This document shows, in pieces, positions 53,589 to 62,996 of a stretch of 64,000 nucleotides of DNA (the first letter of the stretch is position 1; each line of letters begins with the position of its first letter). The notes beneath the pieces were generated by a model. The model was not told the DNA's origin and made no database searches. It saw only the letters and a program-made list of their open reading frames with translations. The position numbers and the translations under genes were made by a program. Origin of the DNA: an uncultured Bacteroidales bacterium (GTDB lineage Bacteria > Bacteroidota > Bacteroidia > Bacteroidales > JAIOZK01); contig CAYXUU010000033.1 in assembly GCA_964468645.1 (NCBI GenBank), positions 2,138 to 66,137 on the forward strand, in the 5' to 3' direction.

Positions 53589-54446
53589 ATGCAATTTAAC
53601 CATAAAAAAGTGGAAGAAGGTTTTTTCAGGGTCTTAATGTTTTTATCGACCTGCATGATAGCCCTGGCCCTTATTCTCATTATTTTTAGCATACTTTATA
53701 AAGGAATACCCTCACTATCATGGGAAATGATATCACAAACACCGAAGGGAGGATTTTATTTCGGGAAAGAAGGAGGAATACTGAATGCAATTATCGGATC
53801 CATATACCTTTCTGTCGGGGCAACTTTACTTGCATTTGTGATCGGGCTCCCTGTTGCCTTATTTATGAATGTGCACCTGGTAAAAAGAAAAAAAATTGTA
53901 AATGCCATTCGCTTCCTGCTTGACCTGCTCTGGGGGGTACCATCCATTGTATATGGTGCATTTGGGTTTACCATTATGATATTTCTGGGCATCAGGACAT
54001 CGCTTCTTGCCGGTATTATTACGGTGACACTTTTTATCATCCCTATTATGGTAAGAGCCATGGATGAGGTGCTTAAAGCTGTACCCAGGGAATTGCTTGA
54101 GGCAGCCATGTCACTGGGATCAACACGATCTGAGATATCGTATCGTGTTTTCTTCAAACAATGCATCCCCGGTGTAATTACTGCAGTATTGCTGTCGTTT
54201 GGCAGGGCAATAGGGGATGCAGCATCCATACTATTTACAACGGGTTATACCGATCATATTCCTACAGGATTAAATCAACCAACCGCTACCCTTCCTCTTT
54301 CGATATTCTTTCAACTGAGCTCCCCAATACCTGAAGTACAGAATAGGGCATATGCCTCGGCTGTCATTTTAGTCGGATTTATATTGATTATAAGCATCCT
54401 GGCCAGGATTTTTTCAGTAAAATACAAAAAAAATAAAATTGAATAA
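53589..54446 (+). CDS. pstA: PstA-family permease
   Basis: GGILNAIIGS, GVPSIVYG, EAAMSLG. Confidence 0.9.
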   Translation: MQFNHKKVEEGFFRVLMFLSTCMIALALILIIFSILYKGIPSLSWEMISQTPKGGFYFGKEGGILNAIIGSIYLSVGATLLAFVIGLPVALFMNVHLVKRKKIVNAIRFLLDLLWGVPSIVYGAFGFTIMIFLGIRTSLLAGIITVTLFIIPIMVRAMDEVLKAVPRELLEAAMSLGSTRSEISYRVFFKQCIPGVITAVLLSFGRAIGDAASILFTTGYTDHIPTGLNQPTATLPLSIFFQLSSPIPEVQNRAYASAVILVGFILIISILARIFSVKYKKNKIE

Positions 54447-54449
54447 AAG

Positions 54450-55211
54450 ATGGAATGCAAAACAAAAATTAAAATCATCAACCTCGATCTCCATATAGGC
54501 AAACATCATATCTTGAAAAACATCAATGCAAAGATACCAGATCGAAAGATCACTGTAATTATGGGACCTTCCGGATGTGGTAAAACTACATTATTGAAAA
54601 GCCTGAACAGGCTTACAGACTTGTATCCCGAAGTGAAACTGAGTGGCAGTATCCTGATTGATGAAGAAGATATACTGCATACCCATGAAGATATCACCCG
54701 GATCAGGAAAAAAATGGGACTGTTGTCACAAAGACCTTATCCCCTGCCAATGAATATTTATAACAATATTGCCTATGGGCTTCGGATCAGTGGAAGAAAG
54801 AAAAAGAAATACCTGGACAGACGGGTTGAATTATACCTACAACAGGTTAGTTTGTGGGAAGAGGTGAAAAGCAGATTGAAGGAACCTGCATGCAGGCTCA
54901 GCATTGGTCAGCAACAACGGCTATGCCTGGCAAGAGGCCTTGCTGTGGATCCGGAGATCATTTTAGCAGATGAACCTACATCAGCGCTTGACCCGATCTC
55001 AAGCCAGGCTATTGAGGAAAAATTCAGAGAGCTGAAAAGGAGATATCCCATCGTTTTGGTTACGCATATCCTGCGACAGGCTAAGAGAATTGCCGATTAT
55101 GTTATTTTTATGTACATGGGTGAAATCATAGAACAGGGCCCGGCTAAGGAAATTTTTGACAATCCGGAAAATGAAATGACGAAATCATATCTGAAAGGGG
55201 CGTTTTACTAA
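54450..55211 (+). CDS. pstB: PstB-family ABC ATPase
   Basis: GPSGCGKT, LSIGQQQRLC, DEPTSALDP. Confidence 0.9.
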   Translation: MECKTKIKIINLDLHIGKHHILKNINAKIPDRKITVIMGPSGCGKTTLLKSLNRLTDLYPEVKLSGSILIDEEDILHTHEDITRIRKKMGLLSQRPYPLPMNIYNNIAYGLRISGRKKKKYLDRRVELYLQQVSLWEEVKSRLKEPACRLSIGQQQRLCLARGLAVDPEIILADEPTSALDPISSQAIEEKFRELKRRYPIVLVTHILRQAKRIADYVIFMYMGEIIEQGPAKEIFDNPENEMTKSYLKGAFY

Positions 55212-55246
55212 AATTTATTTTTCTAATAAACTTGAATTCAATTTAA

Positions 55247-55343
55247 TCCGCCGGTAGGCGGACGAGGGTTTAATTCCCCGCTCCTTGGGGCGAAATATTT
55301 TACTCCAATTGATACCCCGTTGCTTGCCTTGGGGTGGTTCGTT
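55247..55343. mobile_element. Non-autonomous palindromic element resembling an IS200/IS605 end or REP-like remnant
   Basis: GC-rich hairpins tccgcc-ggta-ggcgga, cccc-gctcctt-gggg and gatacccc...ggggtggttc in an AT-rich spacer. Confidence 0.5.
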
Positions 55344-55391
55344 TTGGGAAATGTCTTTGGAAGAATAACCTAAAAATATAAATATCATATC

Positions 55392-56675
55392 ATGAAAAAG
55401 CATGTTTTTCTTTTCCTATTGATTGCTGGAATTTTCATATCGGAAATAAGTTATTCCCAGTTTACTGTCAATGCTGAGTTGAGGCCCAGAATTGAATTGA
55501 GAAACGGCTACAGGTTACTTCGGTCAGAAGCTAAAGATCCTGCTGTCTTTGTTAGCCAGAGAAGTAGGATCTCCCTGATGTACGGATCCGATAAACTTAA
55601 TGTGGGATTCAGCTTCCAGGATGTGCGGGTATGGGGTGATGAAAGCTTGTTCTCGAGCACAGGGGTTTATGGTGATGCAGCAAGCCTTGATGTGAATGAA
55701 GCCTGGATAGGACTTCGCTTTCTGAGGAACTCTTACCTTAAAATAGGTCGGCAGTATTTCGATTATGACGACAAACGATTGTTGTTTACACGAAATTGGG
55801 GTCAGCATTCTGTTGCCTATGATGCATTATTATACCAGTTGGGAAAAAATAATTTTAAACTGGATGTTGCGGTTTCCTATAATAATAACAGGGAAAATAT
55901 TTTTCGAGACCTTTTTACAACCGGGAAAATAAAAACCCTGAACTTTATTCATCTTGAGAAAAAATTATCTGTTTCATTTAAGATTTCGTCAATACTGATT
56001 ATATCCGGAATTGAGAAATCGGATACTTCAAAAACGATCTATATAAAAGCTACCTACGGTTTGTATGTCAATTATCAGAAAGACGATTTTAACGCTGAAT
56101 ATTCAGGTTATTATCAGAATGGAAAGAACAACTCCGGGCAGGATGTAAGTGCTTTTTGTCTTCATGCCAAAGCAGGATATGCTTTCAGGAACATCGGTTT
56201 TCATATCGGATTTACACTGATCTCGGGCGATAATATCAACACTGATAAAGATAACTTATTTGATAACCTGTATGGCGCAAGACATCGTTATTACGGATTT
56301 ATGGATTATTTTAATAATATTCCCAAATCGACGCAGAATGGAGGCTTGCAGGATTTATTTGGCAGTTTTAATTATACACTTTTTGATGTGGTTACCTTTT
56401 CCATCGATTATCATATGTTCTGGAATCAAAAAAAGGTAGTCAGCGCCCTTATCAATGATGCATGTGTTGTAATGCCTAAATCACTGGGGCAGGAAATTGA
56501 CCTTTACTTTGCTGTCAACTTTCTGAAGGGTGTTAATCTTCGCGGTGGTTATTCCGTTCTGAATCCGACGGTGACCCTGGAAGCAATACAGGGCATATCA
56601 AAGGGGGGGAGTCGGTTCTCGTATTGGGGTTGGCTGATGTTGACCGTTAAACCAGCCCTGTTTAGTACGAAATAA
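55392..56675 (+). CDS. Alginate-export-family outer-membrane beta-barrel (porin)
   Basis: Signal peptide; ELRPRIELRNG, QDVRVWG, KIGRQ, LYGARHRYYGFMDYF. Confidence 0.8.
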   Translation: MKKHVFLFLLIAGIFISEISYSQFTVNAELRPRIELRNGYRLLRSEAKDPAVFVSQRSRISLMYGSDKLNVGFSFQDVRVWGDESLFSSTGVYGDAASLDVNEAWIGLRFLRNSYLKIGRQYFDYDDKRLLFTRNWGQHSVAYDALLYQLGKNNFKLDVAVSYNNNRENIFRDLFTTGKIKTLNFIHLEKKLSVSFKISSILIISGIEKSDTSKTIYIKATYGLYVNYQKDDFNAEYSGYYQNGKNNSGQDVSAFCLHAKAGYAFRNIGFHIGFTLISGDNINTDKDNLFDNLYGARHRYYGFMDYFNNIPKSTQNGGLQDLFGSFNYTLFDVVTFSIDYHMFWNQKKVVSALINDACVVMPKSLGQEIDLYFAVNFLKGVNLRGGYSVLNPTVTLEAIQGISKGGSRFSYWGWLMLTVKPALFSTK

Positions 56676-56899
56676 AATATCAACAATAAATACCTTGTTC
56701 ATTTGAGGTTGTGTAATTGATAAAGGAACAACCAGATGATAATTGTCGTCGGCCTTGTTTTCGAAAATTTATTTGAAAATTCCCTTGCAGCGAATTCTCG
56801 AATACTCATCCATTTTCCAGTTCACCCAACAACCCAACTACATAACAGATTCAATCAATGAACATGATGAATAGCTCCCGGGTCAGATTTTAGTGAATG

Positions 56900-57094
56900 T
56901 CAATTTTCTTCCTTCATTTGTTTGGATGCAGCACAAATGCATCCTCTTATTGTACACACAATAAAAACAAGAACTGCTGCAATGAAGAAGATCAGTGAAT
57001 AACAACAGAGGTCAGAAAAAAACAATGAAAGTATCAATGTTAAAAATCCTAAGCCACCCAGAACAATACCAAAATATGGAAGATATATTTTCAT
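56900..57094 (-). CDS. Small Cys-rich two-TM protein
   Basis: 64 aa, ATG 11 bp after the qmoC-like stop, two hydrophobic helices, five Cys. Confidence 0.5.
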   Translation of the reverse strand: MKIYLPYFGIVLGGLGFLTLILSLFFSDLCCYSLIFFIAAVLVFIVCTIRGCICAASKQMKEEN

Positions 57095-57105
57095 AACTAT
57101 AGAAT

Positions 57106-58263
57106 TTAGGTTTTACTTTTTTGAAGTTTTTTCGCAGCGGTAACTACATTATTAAAATATATAGCAAATGGCCTGTAAGCCAGATGCGACCATTTCGAGA
57201 ACGGCACCTCAATCATTAGCATTGGAAAGAGTACCATAATATGAAAAACATAGGTATAATATGTTGCATATGGCATTCCATAAATCCTGAAGAAGTGTAC
57301 CAGGATACCAGAGATGGTTGTCAGGAAAAGCAATACCAGGAATGTCCAGTCGGTAATATGCGAATGTTTGCTCTTCTCCTGGTCTTTCTTCAGTCTTGAG
57401 TAAAAAAAGTATACAACGCCGATGGTCAGTCCTATGGTTGCATAGTAGCCCAGGATTCTTTGCGGATGCCACCAATCATAAATATTATCCGTTTGGAACC
57501 ATTTTAAGAATACAACTATCATTGTGAACATTAACACATAACTTGTCATCAATAAAAAATGCACAACCCAATAAGTACTCAGGTTAAAGGATTTCTTAGA
57601 TTCAAGCCTGTTGCATTTTGAAAATTGCCATTGTGTGAAAAAGTGCAAAATTACTTTCCAGAATTCTGCAAAGTAAAGTTTAAGCGGTATTTTTAAGCGC
57701 TTATCCTTTCTGATGATTTTCAGGTACATATTAAAAATATTCGTCAGGAGGAAGAAAGATAAGATCCCCGCCATTATCCAGTCACCCAATTCAATCTGTT
57801 TCCATGGTGCGAAGGTATTAAGCTTGACACCGCCATCGGCTGTGAGCTCTGTTGTCATTGGTCCATGGAATAAAATAAACAACACCAGGATTACTGCAGC
57901 TAAGAACAATATGGAACCGAACTCCCAGAGTTTTGAAGTATATAATTTCCTTGCAAAGCCGGTCCAGTCATATTTTGAAGTTAGATACCTTCTTAAGGAC
58001 ATCATCAATTCGCCGGGATTGGCTTCTTTGGGGCAGGTTTCGCTGCATTCGCCGCAATAATAACACAACCATGGATCCACTGAAGCCTGAAGTTCATCTT
58101 CCAAGCCCAGAACACTTAGCCTTATCATCTTTCTGGGGAATGAATTCTCATCATCAGATAGCGAACACACTGCAGTACAGTTTCCACAATTATAGCAGGC
58201 ATTAAAATTAATCGCGCCAAATTCCTGAAGTTCCCCTGCAAAGCCTGGATTTATTTTAGCCAT
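57106..58263 (-). CDS. qmoC: QmoC-like subunit: HdrC-type 2x[4Fe-4S] domain plus heme-b membrane domain
   Basis: CYNCGNCTAVC, WLCYYCGECSETCP; ~6 TM with His residues (VVHF, LVHF, VFHI, PFSKWSH). Confidence 0.8.
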   Translation of the reverse strand: MAKINPGFAGELQEFGAINFNACYNCGNCTAVCSLSDDENSFPRKMIRLSVLGLEDELQASVDPWLCYYCGECSETCPKEANPGELMMSLRRYLTSKYDWTGFARKLYTSKLWEFGSILFLAAVILVLFILFHGPMTTELTADGGVKLNTFAPWKQIELGDWIMAGILSFFLLTNIFNMYLKIIRKDKRLKIPLKLYFAEFWKVILHFFTQWQFSKCNRLESKKSFNLSTYWVVHFLLMTSYVLMFTMIVVFLKWFQTDNIYDWWHPQRILGYYATIGLTIGVVYFFYSRLKKDQEKSKHSHITDWTFLVLLFLTTISGILVHFFRIYGMPYATYYTYVFHIMVLFPMLMIEVPFSKWSHLAYRPFAIYFNNVVTAAKKLQKSKT

Positions 58264-58265
58264 TT

Positions 58266-58538
58266 TTATTTCTTGTTTACTAGTTTGTAACTATAGTATT
58301 CATCCATATCGTCAATTTCATCGGTTTCAATTGCACCGAATTTTCTTAATGTCATCAGGTTATAGGTTGTCGTGTCCTGTGAAAGGCCAGATTCCTGAGC
58401 TATTTGAGGAATGGTTTTCGGCCCTTCCTTCAATGCACCCAATATTATTTTCTTAATCCTGTTATATTCCTTTACACGGTCTTTAACCGCTACAGGAACC
58501 GCTCTTTTTTCTTTTATAATATCGATAGTCTTCTGCAT
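58266..58538 (-). CDS. Small winged-helix protein
   Basis: ILGALKEGPKTIPQIAQESGL...NLMTLRKFGAI. Confidence 0.75.
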   Translation of the reverse strand: MQKTIDIIKEKRAVPVAVKDRVKEYNRIKKIILGALKEGPKTIPQIAQESGLSQDTTTYNLMTLRKFGAIETDEIDDMDEYYSYKLVNKK

Positions 58539-58586
58539 TTTAAATAAATTATTATGATCCTACATTATCAATAGTTAAACGCATGA

Positions 58587-60521
58587 TTATGACACTAAGG
58601 CCTCGATCATGCTTTCTATTTCCTGATCAGTGTATCCAATTAACTGGATAGCGTTAACAGGACAAACCGGAAGACACATTCCACAACCTTTGCAATTGGC
58701 ATTGTTGACATCAGCAATAGCTTTCCCATTATGATCGGTTTTAATTATAGCATCATAAGGACAGGCTTTCAAACATTCATCACACCATTCGCAAATGGAT
58801 CCATCGATTGTTGCCATTGTAGGTTCCAGTTCGATTTCCCCTTTGCTAACGAGCGAATCAGCTTTGGCAGCAGCTGATAAAGCAGAATTTACCGACTCGG
58901 TAATATTCTTAGGCCCCTGGCATGCCCCTGCAATATGAATCCCATCGATTACTGTTTCTACAGGGCGGAGTTTGGGATGTATTTCATTGTAAAATTTATC
59001 CCTGCCAATTGGCACCTTTAAGATATTACCTATTGTATCAGGATTCCGGGGTACCATTCCAGTTACCAGAACTACCATATCAACTTCGGCAGTAAGTTCC
59101 TTATCTTCCGTCAGGTAGTCATGCATCCTGACTATGGTGTTACCATCCATATTTTCCACAACAGGTGGATCATCTTCAAAGAACTGAAGAAAAATATCGC
59201 CGGAAGCAGAGGCCTGTTTATACAACATTTCCTGCTTACCATAAGTTCTTATTCCACGATTGAAATGAAAGTTATTTATCCCTTCATATTTTTCTCTTAA
59301 TAGGATAGCTGTGTGTATGGCAGAAGTACAGCAATAGCGCGAACAATACTTGTTTTCACCATTTACCTGCCTGCTTCCTACACAATAGATGTAAGCTACA
59401 TTCCGGATTTTCTTACCATTAAATACAAGTTCCTTTTCATTCAACTCAATCAAACGCTTAAGCTGTTGCAAAGTAACTACGTTCTCTAATTCGTGATAAC
59501 CGTATTCGCCCTTTTGAGGTTCATAGGGATCGAAACCTGTAGCCAGTAAATATGCCCCGGCCCTTACGTTCACAATTTCATCTTTTTGGTCAAGGTCAAT
59601 TTTTTCGCATATATTAACGCACTCACCACAACGATTGCAATGATCGGTATCTATGGCCGGGATTTCCGGAAATTCACTTGGGTAGTTCTTATAAATTGCT
59701 TTTTGTTTTGTAAGTCCAAAGTTGAAAGGATCATCGAATTCAATGGGACAAACTTCAACAGCTTTTTTGAATTTATCCCAATCAAGTTCACAATCGGGTT
59801 TAATGTGCCTTGCCTTTATTCTTATCTGTATTTCGAAGTTACCAACACTACCCTTACTAGAAATGATCTCGGCGCCAGTAAACAGGGTAATCCTGTCATA
59901 CTCCATGATCTTTTTGTACAACTTAGTAACAACTTCACGACCGGTTTCATTGGTTGTGAATAGTTCGTTCCATTGTGATGAACGCCCACCGACAAAATAC
60001 TCCCTTTCCAGTAAGTAAACATATGAGCCCATATCTGCCAGTTCGATAGCAGCACGCATGCCTGCAATTCCGGCCCCGACAACAACGACTACATTTTCAG
60101 CAGATATGCTTACCGTAGTTAATGCTTCGGAATATTTAACCCTTGCAACACCGCTTTTAATTAGCTGTGTCGCTTTTTCTGTTGCCTCGGCCGGTTTATC
60201 CGAATGTGCCCAGGAACATTGCTCGCGTATGTTAACCTGAACATAATTATACGGATTTAATCCTGCTCGTATAGCTACATTCCTGAAAGTATATAAATGA
60301 AGCTTTGGTGAGCATGAGGCAACGACAATTGAGTCAAGTCCATACTCCTTGATATCACTTACAATTTCCTGTTGGGTTGAATCAGCACAGGCAAACATCG
60401 TTGTTTTTGATAGGACTACGCCTTCAATTTTCTCAATGGCATTTTTGACTTTTTCGACATCGACATAATCGGAAATATTCGATCCGCATTGACAAATATA
60501 AACCCCAATTTTACTCTTCAT
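58587..60521 (-). CDS. hdrA: HdrA-family flavo-FeS subunit (full architecture)
   Basis: ICQCG N-domain, NIREQCSW, GAGIAG, CVGSR...CSRYCC, C-terminal 2x[4Fe-4S]. Confidence 0.92.
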   Translation of the reverse strand: MKSKIGVYICQCGSNISDYVDVEKVKNAIEKIEGVVLSKTTMFACADSTQQEIVSDIKEYGLDSIVVASCSPKLHLYTFRNVAIRAGLNPYNYVQVNIREQCSWAHSDKPAEATEKATQLIKSGVARVKYSEALTTVSISAENVVVVVGAGIAGMRAAIELADMGSYVYLLEREYFVGGRSSQWNELFTTNETGREVVTKLYKKIMEYDRITLFTGAEIISSKGSVGNFEIQIRIKARHIKPDCELDWDKFKKAVEVCPIEFDDPFNFGLTKQKAIYKNYPSEFPEIPAIDTDHCNRCGECVNICEKIDLDQKDEIVNVRAGAYLLATGFDPYEPQKGEYGYHELENVVTLQQLKRLIELNEKELVFNGKKIRNVAYIYCVGSRQVNGENKYCSRYCCTSAIHTAILLREKYEGINNFHFNRGIRTYGKQEMLYKQASASGDIFLQFFEDDPPVVENMDGNTIVRMHDYLTEDKELTAEVDMVVLVTGMVPRNPDTIGNILKVPIGRDKFYNEIHPKLRPVETVIDGIHIAGACQGPKNITESVNSALSAAAKADSLVSKGEIELEPTMATIDGSICEWCDECLKACPYDAIIKTDHNGKAIADVNNANCKGCGMCLPVCPVNAIQLIGYTDQEIESMIEALVS

Positions 60522-61809
60522 TATTCCCTCCTCTTATATAACTTGCAGTTTCTGATGAAGCGGCGCCAGCTGATAATATGGAATCGGGAATATCCATTGG
60601 GCCAGATGCAGTACCTGCAACAAAAATCCCATCAACACTTGTTTTGGCAGGGCAACACAATTCATCGATTTGTTTAATGTAGTTGAATTCGTCATGTTCA
60701 ACAGTTTCATTAATAAACATTGAGGAATAATCAGTATTCGGCATAATACCAACTGACAGAACTACGAGATCATGTTCAGCTTCTTTTACCCGTCCATCTT
60801 CAAAATCCTCATATCTTAATATCAGGTTACCGTCTTCCTTTTCATCTATTCTTCCAATTTTACCCTTAATAAATTCGACCCCCATTCCCCTTGCCTGGTT
60901 ATAGAACTCACAGAAACCTTTTCCGAAAGCCCGGATATGGATATAATAAATGGTAACATCAGCCATAGGCAATGCCCCCATCAGAAGTTGTGCCTGCTTG
61001 GTTGAATACATGCAACACACCTGGGAACAAATTGGATTTCCAACGGTATCATCACGTGATCCGGCACAAAGCACATAGGCTATATTATCGGGCATTTTAC
61101 CATCCCCGGGCCGCAGAACTGTATTGAAAGGCCTAGTCGGGACAAGTTGACGTTCCATTTGCATGGAGGTAACAACATTTTTAAATTTTCCGAAACCATA
61201 ACGTGGAATAAGACTTGGATCGAAAAGTTTAAACCCGGTAGCAAAAACAATTGAAGAAATATTAATATTCGTAATAATATCCTCCTGGGTAAAATCAATT
61301 GCATTTGCCGGACAAACTTTTTCACAAGCACCACATAGAATACAGTTATCGATATCAATGGCAGCAATCCTGGGATTTGCAATACTGAATGGAACATAGA
61401 CCGCTTTTCTCCCTACCAGATCGTACTGGTACTGGTCTTCAACAACTACAGGACACTTTTCCTCACATAACTGGCAACCTGTACAATCAGTGGTTACGTA
61501 TCTTGGTTTCTCAACCAGGTCAGCTGTAAAATTATTTTCCCCATGCTTTTTAATATTTTCAATAACTGAGTTGGTATAAATTGTGATATTAGGATGCCTT
61601 GCTGTTTCCGATACCTTGGGAGTGGTGATACATGCAGAACAATCGAGGGTTGGAAAGACCTTGCTGAGATGTATCATTTTCCCTCCCAATGAATAGTCCT
61701 TTTCAACAAGCAATACCTTATAACCAAGGTTTGCCAGATTTAATGCAGCCTCTTCCCCTGCAATCCCACCACCAATAACCAGGGAATCAAATTTATGTGA
61801 TTGTGTCAT
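60511..61809 (-). CDS. hdrA: HdrA-family flavo-FeS subunit (core plus inserted ferredoxin only)
   Basis: GGGIAG, FPTLDCSAC, two CxxCxxCxxxCP, CAGSR...CSQVCCMYSTK, GPMDIP. Confidence 0.92.
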   Translation of the reverse strand: MTQSHKFDSLVIGGGIAGEEAALNLANLGYKVLLVEKDYSLGGKMIHLSKVFPTLDCSACITTPKVSETARHPNITIYTNSVIENIKKHGENNFTADLVEKPRYVTTDCTGCQLCEEKCPVVVEDQYQYDLVGRKAVYVPFSIANPRIAAIDIDNCILCGACEKVCPANAIDFTQEDIITNINISSIVFATGFKLFDPSLIPRYGFGKFKNVVTSMQMERQLVPTRPFNTVLRPGDGKMPDNIAYVLCAGSRDDTVGNPICSQVCCMYSTKQAQLLMGALPMADVTIYYIHIRAFGKGFCEFYNQARGMGVEFIKGKIGRIDEKEDGNLILRYEDFEDGRVKEAEHDLVVLSVGIMPNTDYSSMFINETVEHDEFNYIKQIDELCCPAKTSVDGIFVAGTASGPMDIPDSILSAGAASSETASYIRGGNNEE

Positions 61810-61864
61810 ATTTCTCCGACCTGTTTAATTAATAAATCTCATTATCCAGACTAGCATATATGGC

Positions 61865-62257
61865 CTAATCAGACAATGCCGTTACAAAATTTTTCATATG
61901 TTTAACAAAAGGTTCCGAACAAACGGAGCAGATTGCAGCCATTTTTAATCGTGAAGGATCAATGCCTTTTTTCTTCATGATTTCATGGGAATTCTTCACC
62001 ACTTCCCCTGTTTTCTCAGTACATGTTTCACTGAAGGAACAATCTGTCCCATCTGCAGCGATAAATATTCCGTCAAATCCTTTCTCGAACGCATGAAGAA
62101 TCCATCTTGTCTTTATTGCGCTTGAGCAGGGAATGTTCACTGTATAAACAGAGGGCGGATAATGCATCTTCAACAATCCCGCTAAATCAATAGCGGGATC
62201 TGAAATTTTCTCCGTTGAAAAAACAAGAATTCTTGGAACTTTGTTTTTTGCATCCAT
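61865..62257 (-). CDS. mvhD: MvhD/FlpD-like FeS subunit with an atypical Cys pattern
   Basis: DLAG...YPP...PCS...AFEKGFDGI...GIDPSRL. Confidence 0.8.
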   Translation of the reverse strand: MDAKNKVPRILVFSTEKISDPAIDLAGLLKMHYPPSVYTVNIPCSSAIKTRWILHAFEKGFDGIFIAADGTDCSFSETCTEKTGEVVKNSHEIMKKKGIDPSRLKMAAICSVCSEPFVKHMKNFVTALSD

Positions 62258-62261
62258 GTAA

Positions 62262-62513
62262 TTATGCTTTTTTCAGGTAGATTTTGAAATACCCTGATTC
62301 TTCCACAGTTCCAAGGTATTCATGCCCCTTTTTACCTGCCCACTTCGGAACATCACGCCTTGTTCCTTCATCTGATGAAAGAATCTCCATAATTTCCCCT
62401 GAAGCAATTGTTCCGATAGCCTTTTTGGCTTCCAGTAATGGTCCCGGACAGGCTGTACCTCTTGCATCAACTGTTTTATTTACAGCTACTGTTTGTAATT
62501 CTTCGATTGTCAT
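62262..62513 (-). CDS. tusA: TusA-family sulfur carrier
   Basis: DARGTACPGP motif. Confidence 0.92.
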   Translation of the reverse strand: MTIEELQTVAVNKTVDARGTACPGPLLEAKKAIGTIASGEIMEILSSDEGTRRDVPKWAGKKGHEYLGTVEESGYFKIYLKKA

Positions 62514-62532
62514 GTTTATTTGTTTTAATGGT

Positions 62533-62946
62533 TTATATAAAAATGTGTAAATCAGATTCTTCGGCTGATGTAAGATATTCCCCTATTCCACAGAGGTCGT
62601 CCACCAGGTCGTTAAAGTCTTCAAGCTTTTCGCCCCCCCAGATCTTTCCGGCCAGGCTGCAGATATAAACCTTAACATTGGTCATCTCCCTGGCCATGGT
62701 AAAGAATTCATACCAGGATGACACATTCAGGTCCTTAAGCGCTTTCATAAAATCTTCTTTCAAATGAGGAGCTTCAGCCACATTATCAATCTTATTCTCG
62801 TTCCCTTTAATAAAAGCACGGGCACCCTGAAGCAGTACATATACTTCAACATCCATATCATCAGCGGCTGCACCACTGAGTATAACACCAGCAGCCGTTA
62901 GTTTATCCAGACTTCCTGAAAAAAGCCCCATACATAATTTTGCCAT
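62533..62946 (-). CDS. DsrE2/DrsE-family sulfurtransferase
   Basis: FSGSLDK...SGAAA...VKVYICSL...GIGEYL...LHIFI. Confidence 0.82.
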   Translation of the reverse strand: MAKLCMGLFSGSLDKLTAAGVILSGAAADDMDVEVYVLLQGARAFIKGNENKIDNVAEAPHLKEDFMKALKDLNVSSWYEFFTMAREMTNVKVYICSLAGKIWGGEKLEDFNDLVDDLCGIGEYLTSAEESDLHIFI

Positions 62947-62996
62947 GGTTTAAATTGTTTTTGTTTTCAATTATTTATTCAAATTATTTATCAAGT

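Noticed and set aside
57106-61809. Calling the organism a sulfate reducer from Qmo-like genes
   Set aside because: No sat, aprAB or dsrAB in the window, and the subunit architecture differs from canonical QmoAB.
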